This document shows, in pieces, positions 56,163 through 64,000 of a stretch of 64,000 bases of DNA. The DNA is from an uncultured Chloroflexia bacterium (GTDB lineage Bacteria > Chloroflexota > Anaerolineae > Anaerolineales > Villigracilaceae), in assembly GCA_963750005.1 (NCBI GenBank), contig CAVVPC010000008.1, forward strand, positions 8,083 to 72,082. The letters are read 5' to 3'. The notes under the pieces are model-generated. The model made no database searches, was not told where the DNA came from, and worked only from the letters and a program-made list of their open reading frames with translations. The first letter of the stretch is position 1. Each line of letters starts with the position of its first letter. The position numbers were made by a program, and so were the translations under genes.

Positions 56163-57673
56163 ATGTTCAAGAAAGTGTTAATCGCCAATCGAGGGGAGAT
56201 CGCAGTCCGCATCATCCGCGCTTGCCGCGAGCTGGGAATCGATACCGTTGCCGTGTACTCGGAGGCCGACCGGCGGGCGCTGCACGTCCGTTATGCGGAT
56301 GAAGCTTATCTTCTCGGACCCGCGCCATCGCGCGAGTCCTATCTGCGCGCCGACAAGATCATAGATATTGCCCGCAAATGCGGGGCGGATGCGGTCCATC
56401 CCGGCTATGGATTTCTGGCCGAACGCGAGGATTTTGCCGCGGCCTGTGCGGATGCCGGGATCACCTTCATTGGACCCCGGCCAACATCCATCGCGGCCAT
56501 GGGAGATAAGGCGGAGGCGCGTGCGACGGTGATCAAGGCCGGTGTGCCGGTTGTCCCGGGCACGGAAGATGTGGGCAACATGACTGATGAGGAGCTGCTT
56601 GCCAAGGCGCCGCAGATCGGCTTTCCACTGTTGATCAAGGCCACTGCCGGCGGCGGCGGAAAAGGCATGCGGGAGGTCAAAAGCCTGGAGGACATGCCCA
56701 CCCTGCTCCAGTCCGCGCGGCGCGAGGCCGAATCTGCATTCGGCGATGGGAACGTCTACCTGGAAAAGCTGCTCGAAAATGCCCGGCACATCGAGATCCA
56801 GATCCTGGCCGATACCCACGGCAATGTGATCCACCTGGGCGAGCGCGAATGTTCCATCCAGCGCCGGCATCAGAAGCTGCTGGAGGAGGCGCCCTCCGCC
56901 GCATTGGACAGTGAACTGCGCGAGAAGATGGGCAGTGTGGCTGTCAAGGCCGCCCAGGCCGTCGATTATGCCAACGCCGGGACGATCGAATTTCTTCTCG
57001 ACCGGGACAACAATTTTTACTTCCTCGAGATGAACACCCGCCTGCAGGTGGAGCATCCGGTCACGGAAATGGTCACGGGCATCGATATCGTCAAGGAGCA
57101 GATCCGTGTGGCCCGCGGCAGGGTGCTGAGCTACACACAGAAGGATGTGCAGATCAACGGTCATGCCATCGAATGCCGCATCAATGCCGAGGATCCGTAC
57201 GATAACTTCCTGCCATCCACCGGACGGATCACGCACAGCATGATGCCCACGGGTCCCGGCGTCCGTATGGATACGGGCGTCTATCCAGGATTTGAAATCA
57301 CGCCTTTTTATGATCCGATGATCGCCAAGCTGATCGTCTGGGGTGAGACGCGTGCCCAGGCGATCCTGCGCATGAGACGTGCACTCGAGGAATACCGGAT
57401 CGTCGGCGTGCGGACCAATATTCCCTTCCACCAGACGCTGATGGATTCCCACCGCTTCATGGGCGGCCAGTATGATACCGCGCTTCGTGGAGGAGCGGTT
57501 TTCCATGGAGACCGCCAGTGAGACGCGCGAGAGACGATACCGAGATCGCGGCCATCCTTGCCACGCTGGTGGCCCACCAGGAGACGGAACGCTCTGCCAA
57601 TATCGTCAACCGCAATGAGCGTGATGCAAGCAACTGGAAGTGGGTGGGGCGTTGGGAAAGGATGCACAGGTAG
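56163..57673 (+). CDS. accC: Biotin carboxylase subunit (frameshifted near the C-terminus)
   Basis: [60 protein letters not shown]. Confidence 0.94.
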
Positions 57674-57680
57674 ACGCGTC

Positions 57681-58179
57681 ATGAAATATATTACAACCAT
57701 TGATGATAAGCAGTTTACTGTTGAGATCATCGACGAAAAACATGTCAGCGTGGATGGCAAGGTCTACGAGATCGATTTTGAATCGGTCGCCGGGCAGCCG
57801 GTCTACTCGTTGATCGTGGATGGGCGCTCACACGAATCCTATATCTACCAGGGGGATGACAACTGGCAGGTGCTTGATGCGCGGCCGGCTGTACCCGGTC
57901 CAGGTGGAGGATGAGCGCGAGAAGCGGCTGCGCGCCGCGGCAGGCGGAGGCGTGGCGGAGACCGGCGAATTTCATCTGCGCGCACCCATGCCCGGGCTGG
58001 TGGTCACGATCCCGGTCACGGAAGGGCAGGCGGTCAAAAGGGGGCAGGTGATCCTGATCCTCGAATCGATGAAAATGCAGAACGAGCTCAAGGCGCCGCG
58101 GGATGGGACGATCGGCCGCATCCGCGTCCGGCCGGGGGAAACTGTCGAGCAAAAGCAGACTTTGCTGAGCATGATATAG
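57681..58179 (+). CDS. Biotin carboxyl carrier protein (one frameshift)
   Basis: APMPGLV and the ESMKMQNE biotinylation motif. Confidence 0.9.
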
Positions 58180-58795
58180 ATGTCGAATAAAGGGCAGGAA
58201 ACGGAGGCCAAGTTCTATCTGCTCCATCTGGACAGTGCGGCCGCGCGTCTGGATGCATTGCAGGCGCGCCTGGTCCAGCCGCGTGTACTGGAGACCAATC
58301 TGCGCTTCGACCTCCCCGACGGCAGTCTCACATCGACCGGACGCGTCCTGCGCCTGAGGCGCGATACGCAGGCCCGGCTGACGTATAAAGGCGCCGGCCA
58401 AAATAAAAGTGGTGTTCTCGATCGCCAGGAGATAGAGTTTATCGTCGAGGACGATCAAAAAGCACGACAATTTTTGGAAGCGCTCGGCTACCGAAAATCG
58501 ATGTACTACGAGAAATACCGCACCACCTATGAATTGGAAGAGGCCTTGATCATGCTCGATGAGCTGCCCTATGGAAGCTTTTTGGAAATCGAGGGCGGAA
58601 GCAGTTGACCAGATCCAGGCTGTCTCTACAAGACTTCATCTCAACTGGAGCGCTGCAATCCCCTCCAGCTATACGGCTCTATTTGAAAACGTCCGCCGGA
58701 AGCTGCAATTGCCCTTCCAGGATCTTTCCTTCGAAAACTTCCTGGGCATACGAGTGACACCTGCTGATTTGAATGTGCAGCCGGCAGACGAATAG
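58180..58795 (+). CDS. CYTH domain protein (class IV adenylate cyclase-like), one frameshift
   Basis: ETEAKF, LRLRR, LTYKG, YEKYRTTY, FLEIEG. Confidence 0.88.
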
Positions 58796-58837
58796 ACATC
58801 CACCTGCGGGTTCTTAACCACTTCTCTTAAAGGACTA

Positions 58838-58866
58838 TTGAAAATCGTTTCAAAAGAACGTATACT
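58838..58866 (+). promoter_or_regulatory. Sigma70-like promoter with an overlapping palindrome
   Basis: TTGAAA-N17-TATACT; ttgaaaatcgtttcaa overlaps the -35. Confidence 0.55.
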
Positions 58867-58910
58867 GATTATTGCTTATTCAGAATCTCACAATCGAAAG
58901 GATTATTTTT

Positions 58911-60064
58911 ATGCACAGGCATTCCCCCATGAACTGCATTGTTCCACCATTCATGCTGAAGAACATAGCAACTCACGGTACTGATACTCAGCAGGCAACC
59001 GCCATTAGATACCCTGAAAACCTCCGCTCAATTACGCGGCCAGCGTAATGCTCTAACCGATTTCAATGCCGCCGCGATCCGTGTGGCCTGCTGGCACAAA
59101 AGATCGGATTGTTTATGACGCCAAAAATGGATCCAGCCTGCCCGGCACGGTTGTACGCAGGGAAAATGATCCCCCGAGTTCAGATGTGGCTGTCAACGAA
59201 GCGTTCGATGGAAGCGGCGTAACGTATGATCTTTACTACAATGTCTATAATCGGAATTCGATTGATGGCAACGGGATGAGACTGGATTCAACCGTCCATT
59301 ACCAGAAGGGATATGATAATGCCTTCTGGAACGGCGAACAGATGGTTTATGGCGATGGCGACGAGGACCTGCCGGTGAAGGATCGCATCTTCAACCGGTT
59401 TACCATTTCGATCGATGTCATTGGTCATGAACTGACCCATGGGGTAACGCAGTATACAGCAAAGCTTGCCTATTCATTCCAGTCCGGCGCATTGAACGAA
59501 TCCATGTCTGATGTGTTTGGCTCGCTGGTCAAGCAATATAGTTTGAAGCAGACTGCAGCCCAGGCCGATTGGATCATCGGCGCCGGATTGCTCACGTCGA
59601 ATGTGAACGGCGTCGGCATCCGCTCGATGAAGGCCCCCGGTACCGCCTATGATGACCCTGTCCTCGGCAAGGATCCCCAGCCTGCCCATATGAAGGATTA
59701 TGTCAATACGGTCAGCGATAATGGCGGTGTCCATATCAATTCCGGGATTCCCAATCACGCCTTTTACATCATAGCTACGGAGATCGGCGGGTATGCCTGG
59801 GAGAAAGCCGGCCAGATCTGGTACGTGACATTGAAAGACAAGCTCACTTCCAGTTCCAATTTCCAGAATTGTGCCGACCAGACATACCAGGCAGCAGCCG
59901 ACTTGTATGGCTCCGGAAGCCTTGAACAGCAGGCCGTGAAAAAAGGCTGGGCGGAAGTTGGGATCACTGTGGCTGGAGGAGGGACAACTCCACCGCCTCC
60001 CAGCGACGGCTGTCTCGGATCGCTCCTGCGTGCCGTGGGTGCAGCTCCCGCAAAGACAGGATAG
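58911..60064 (+). CDS. Protealysin-like M4 metalloprotease (frameshifts in the propeptide region)
   Basis: Short propeptide CIVPPFML; NAFWNG, HELTH, GALNES, GGVHINSG. Confidence 0.92.
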
Positions 60065-60073
60065 GAGGCAAAA

Positions 60074-60385
60074 ATGGAAGTCCAGCGGATCAAGTATGAG
60101 CGTACGGGAGGATTTACCGGCATACGTTTCCACGCAGATTTTGCGCCGGGCGAGCTGCCAGAGGATCAGTCCCGTCCCTTACTCGATCTGCTCGATAAAA
60201 TGGACTTTGACGGACTGCCGGAAAACTCTACCGGGACTGCGACCCTTCCGGATCAATTTACGTACACAATCACTGTTCAAACCAGCCAGGGCGAGCGCAC
60301 CATGATCATGGGGGATACCTCCGCACCGGATGAGATGCAGGAACTGCTCAGGATGCTGGATCGAATTGCCAGAAGACGGCAGTAG
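60074..60385 (+). CDS. Protealysin inhibitor emfourin
   Basis: RTGGFTG and PDQFTYTITV motifs; directly downstream of the M4 gene. Confidence 0.88.
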   Translation: MEVQRIKYERTGGFTGIRFHADFAPGELPEDQSRPLLDLLDKMDFDGLPENSTGTATLPDQFTYTITVQTSQGERTMIMGDTSAPDEMQELLRMLDRIARRRQ

Positions 60386-60396
60386 TTTTTATGATG

Positions 60397-60437
60397 AAAA
60401 GAATGCCTCCGTGATGATAACGGAGGCATTCTTTTTT
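60397..60437. terminator. Bidirectional intrinsic terminator
   Basis: aaaagaatgcctccgt..acggaggcattctttttt between convergent genes. Confidence 0.8.
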
Positions 60438-60460
60438 AATACTTGTACTGGAAGGGATCT

Positions 60461-61237
60461 TTATTGCGGCTGCGGCCAGGGAATCTCGACCGGGTCTGAA
60501 AACCCATGCTTCTCAACCGTATAGAGCTTGCCGGAGGATGGCTGGGCACAGCCCGGTTCATCCTTGACCTCATAGCTGGTGGAGTATTGGTCGGGATAGG
60601 AGTCCGTCCACCACTTATAGAAGGTGTCCTGGCAGACGAACAGTTCGAGCAGATAGCCGCGGTCCTTGTCCTTGGTCATCTTCACCTGTTCCCAGCTGAT
60701 AAGAACTTCGTTGCCGTTGCGTACTGCGGTCACACCTTTGGGCGGCCCATACATGTTGCTGCCAATGGACTGCAGATTGAGCTCCTTGTAACCAACCGTT
60801 TTCACATCCCCGACCACATCCACAACGGAGGGCGCGACCCAGCAGAAATAGTTAAGCTTGTCGAATTTCACATACAGCCAGTTACTGTAGATATATCTTC
60901 CACGCACAGTTCCGGCATCGCCCGGATAAAGGTCCGCGGCATGCAGATACGCCACGGATGGACCATAGCGCAGTGAGCCTGCTTGTTGACGGTCACAGCA
61001 GGGGAAGTTAAATGTTGGTGTGGCTGTAATCGTTGGAGTTGGCGTAATCGTAGGTGTAAATGTACTGGTAGGAACGGTTGTTTCTGTTGGCGTAAACGTC
61101 ATCGTCGGGATCGATGTTTCCGTCGAGAGTGCGACCGTGGGTGAGGGCAGGCTCGCGGTGGTAGTTGCCTGTTGCCCCGAATCTGGTGAGCAGGCGCTTG
61201 CGAGCAGCAGGACGAGTAAAATCATTTTCAATCTCAT
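60461..61237 (-). CDS. Lipoprotein with Thr/Pro-rich linker and SH3-like domain
   Basis: LASAC lipobox, TPTITPTPT linker, RYGPSVAY..W..CWV; short apparent compensating frameshift near 60990. Confidence 0.7.
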   Translation of the reverse strand: MRLKMILLVLLLASACSPDSGQQATTTASLPSPTVALSTETSIPTMTFTPTETTVPTSTFTPTITPTPTITATPTFNFPCCDRQQAGSLRYGPSVAYLHAADLYPGDAGTVRGRYIYSNWLYVKFDKLNYFCWVAPSVVDVVGDVKTVGYKELNLQSIGSNMYGPPKGVTAVRNGNEVLISWEQVKMTKDKDRGYLLELFVCQDTFYKWWTDSYPDQYSTSYEVKDEPGCAQPSSGKLYTVEKHGFSDPVEIPWPQPQ

Positions 61238-62257
61238 TTCATTTCTCCTAGAAAACGAAGGACATTCCTTCCCAGCACCTCGTTGGCATAGCCTCCCTCC
61301 ATTACAACGACAGTGGGCAGTTTGAGGGATGCGATCCTTTTTCCGATCTCTCCGATCCCATCCGTGCTGACCTTGATCGTGCCGAGCGGGTCATCGGCAT
61401 AAATATCCATTCCTGCAGAGACGACCATGTACTTTGGCTCAAAGCTGCGGATGAGAAGTCAGCGCCTCATCCAAGGCCGACAGGTAGCGCGCGTCATCGG
61501 TACCTTTCGCCAGCGGCAGGTTTTTGTGGAAACCGTAGCCTGCGCCTGTTCCCGTTTCATCGGCATAGCCCCAGAAATGCGGGTACTCGAAGTTCGGGTC
61601 GGCATGGATCGAGATTGTCAGGACATCGCTGCGCTCATAAAAAATATCCTGTGTGCCGTTGCCGCAGTGGTAATCGATATCGAGCAGGGCAACCTCTCCA
61701 AGGGAGGAAAGCCAGTTTGCCGCGACCGAGGCATTGTTGATAAAGCAGTAACCGCCGGCATAATCCTTCCCTGCATGGTGACCGGGTGGGCGGCACAAGG
61801 CAAAAGCGGTGCGCTCACCTCCTGCGACGGCTTCCGCCGCGCTCAGGGCACAGTTTGCAGAAGCAAGTGCAGCAGCATATGTTCCCTCCACGATGCAGGC
61901 ACTTAAGTCCATCAGGTGATAGCCGGCACGCCCGAGCAGCCCGGTCGGCTTTTGGGGATGGCGCCGGAGCGCGAAGGTGGCCGGCAAAAGCACGGATTTA
62001 TCCGCGGCCTCGGAAGCCTGCCACTCGGTCCAGCAGGAGGCGAGGAAATCGATGTAATCCCGGTCATGCACCGCCTGGACCGGGCTGAGGCCAAAGTCCT
62101 TCGGTTCACAAATCTCCACCCAGTCCACGGGACGCAAGGATTGCAGGATGCGGTCCATGCGGTCGGCGTTCTCCAGGTAGGGAGTACGCAGCCCGCCGTC
62201 GAACACTTCGAATGGCGGCTCATGTTTGCGGTGCTCCTCGGAATAAAAGACTTTCAT
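61234..62257 (-). CDS. Histone deacetylase family / acetylpolyamine amidohydrolase-like protein (frameshift ~61445)
   Basis: RPPGHHA, GYCFINN, LDIDYHCGNGTQ, EGGY. Confidence 0.92.
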
Positions 62258-62310
62258 CGAGCCCTCCGTAAGAATTATTTGTATAATTGTATCAAGACAA
62301 CGGAGGGCAC

Positions 62311-62868
62311 ATGGAACTGTTCGAAGCCATACATAACCGACATTCAATCGGGCGGGTGAAACCGGAACCGGTGGCACGTGAAATCATCGAGAAACTCCTG
62401 GATGCTGGCGCACAGGCTCCCAACCACTATAAGGTGCGACCCTGGCGCTTCGTCGTATTGACCGGCGAAGCACGGCACCGGCTTGGGGAAGTCATGGCAG
62501 CTTCCACAGCCGAATACCATCCCGAATATCCCCCGGAGGCCCTCGATAAATGCCGGGCCACGCCTCTTCGGTCGCCGGTCGTAATCGCGATCGGCGTGGA
62601 CAAGCCGGCTGAGCCCAAAGTGCTGGAGATCGAGAATATCGCGGCCGCTTCAGCGGCGACTCAAAACATTCTGCTTGCCGCCCACGCGCTCGGGCTTGGC
62701 GCAAAATGGCGAACCGGCGAATGGGCCCGCGATGCAAAGGTGAAGGAGTTTCTGGGCTTCGCGCCAGATCAGCATTTGATCGGGTTTATTTACCTCGGTT
62801 ATCCGGAATTCGTCGCTGAATATCCTGCCCGCCCATCGTTTGAAGATCGAACGGTTTGGATGGAGTAG
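62311..62868 (+). CDS. Nitroreductase family protein (YdjA-like)
   Basis: RHSIG, APNHYKVRPWRF, QNILLAAHALGLGAKWRTG. Confidence 0.9.
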   Translation: MELFEAIHNRHSIGRVKPEPVAREIIEKLLDAGAQAPNHYKVRPWRFVVLTGEARHRLGEVMAASTAEYHPEYPPEALDKCRATPLRSPVVIAIGVDKPAEPKVLEIENIAAASAATQNILLAAHALGLGAKWRTGEWARDAKVKEFLGFAPDQHLIGFIYLGYPEFVAEYPARPSFEDRTVWME

Positions 62869-62873
62869 AACGG

Positions 62874-62920
62874 AAAGCAAAAGAGCGCTGGGCTGTCAGG
62901 CTCAGCGCTCTTTTGCTTTT
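62874..62920. terminator. Bidirectional intrinsic terminator
   Basis: aaagcaaaaagagcgctgggc..gctcagcgctctttttgcttt. Confidence 0.8.
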
Positions 62921-62959
62921 GTGTACGTGTTTATCTGCGTCCCTATAGACTGGCTTCCT

Positions 62960-63469
62960 TTAGAAGCGAAGGTAGCGGGCAGTCGCCATGAAGCATACGG
63001 CCAATAGAAGAGAATAGGTATTGACGGGGACGACCCAGGCCTGTTGTTTGCGGATCGCGCCAAGCTGCGCAGCCTGTTCGTTTGTCGGTTTACCCTGGAT
63101 TTGAGCCCCAATCCTTCCCATAGCTTTATTGTTGTTCCCATTCATAATGCCTGTAACGAGACCCACCAGCGCGAACATCGCTCCGATGGCGAATCCTATG
63201 CCCGGGCCAGATGATTGCCATGCGGATGAAAACCAGTTCGAATCGTTCCCATAAAGGAGAAACCCTGCTATGACTGTAACCATTGCACCGCCGGTCATAG
63301 CTGCGGTAAAGCGTGTCCTGCCCATAAGATAACCTGCAACCTGCTTTCCCGAATCTCCGGTTGCGCCGATGGTGGGACCGAAGAAGATGTTCATTGCCAG
63401 GGCGCCGCCCACCCAAAATACACCACCCAGAATGTGAAGCAGCCGAAGAATGATTACCAGCGTATACAT
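62960..63469 (-). CDS. Hypothetical four-TM membrane protein
   Basis: LRLLHILGGVFWVGG start; four hydrophobic helices. Confidence 0.75.
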   Translation of the reverse strand: MYTLVIILRLLHILGGVFWVGGALAMNIFFGPTIGATGDSGKQVAGYLMGRTRFTAAMTGGAMVTVIAGFLLYGNDSNWFSSAWQSSGPGIGFAIGAMFALVGLVTGIMNGNNNKAMGRIGAQIQGKPTNEQAAQLGAIRKQQAWVVPVNTYSLLLAVCFMATARYLRF

Positions 63470-63728
63470 AATCTACTCCTCTGAATGAAAGATTTGTATT
63501 CAAACAACACCTCGCACCGAAATGGGATGCGAGAATAATAAATCATGGCAAAAAATGCAGCTTTTAGTCTCCAGATCTGGCGGATTCTCGATCAAGTCAG
63601 GATGGGAGAGGAGAATATGTATGACAATCTTCACTTGCTTCCTCCACTCACGGCTCGTATATTGAAATTCCACGGCCTATATTTATAGGACGTCCATCTT
63701 TCCAAACATGATAAAGAAAGGATAGTTT

Positions 63729-64000
63729 ATGAAGCGCAGTGTGTTTTTTGTTTCCTTGCTTGTTGCGCTAAGTCTTGTGCTGACCGCCTGCGGGAGTACA
63801 TCCGCAGCAAATCACCTCGAAGCGATCAAGCAGGCTAAGGTGATCAAAGTTGGAACATCTGCCGATTATCCGCCCTTTGAATCGGTGGATTCAAATGGCA
63901 ACAAGGTCGGTTTCGATATCGAGCTGATGAATGAGGTTGCCAATCGGCTGGGCGTGAAGGTGGAATGGGTGGATATGCCGTTCGACAGCCTGATCGCGGC
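63729..64000 (+). CDS. Polar amino-acid ABC transporter substrate-binding lipoprotein (partial)
   Basis: LTAC lipobox; VGTSADYPPFE, GFDIEL, MPFDSLIA. Confidence 0.88.
   Translation, partial: MKRSVFFVSLLVALSLVLTACGSTSAANHLEAIKQAKVIKVGTSADYPPFESVDSNGNKVGFDIELMNEVANRLGVKVEWVDMPFDSLIA

Noticed and set aside
55087-57506. Long antisense ORFs (327 and 442 aa) opposite pccB/accC
   Set aside because: Shadow ORFs caused by high-GC codon bias of the real genes.
58180-58795. CYTH gene as part of the island's cyclic-nucleotide signalling
   Set aside because: It sits directly behind the carboxylase operon in the core region, and many CYTH proteins are triphosphatases.
1-64000. Frameshifts in zwf, pot genes, pccB, accC, dppA and hsdR as programmed frameshifting or mass pseudogenisation
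   Set aside because: They are single-base indels scattered through conserved genes, as expected from uncorrected long-read consensus.

Overview
Window of a probable Anaerolineales (Chloroflexota) chromosome; the taxon is inferred from gene content and protein style, not from a search. Single-base frameshifts occur even in core genes, consistent with long-read consensus error. The left flank holds the zwf end, comEA, GNAT, CPBP protease, a GT-C glycosyltransferase, a SET-domain gene and a Pot/Ydc-type ABC transporter. The right flank holds dppA, acyl-CoA dehydrogenase, GT-C proteins, an acyl-CoA carboxylase operon, CYTH, protealysin/emfourin, an HDAC-family gene and a nitroreductase. Between them is a ~36 kb accessory region (~9.3-45.0 kb) with no visible integrase. 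It contains: an effector-less STAND ATPase-TPR gene; a type I RM locus whose hsdM is split in its SAM-binding motif by a complete group II intron (15629-18061) and which carries an inverted-repeat-flanked GxxExxY gene; three class III cyclase-STAND genes; a probable UxxC selenoprotein; a WD40 lipoprotein; a two-gene pair sharing amyloid-like G-D-x-V-x-G-D motifs; an IS5 element; and a TIGR03118 gene. The most striking feature is a ~110-nt palindromic element that recurs in the same orientation at each module boundary from 24 to 45 kb, giving a cassette-array-like layout.
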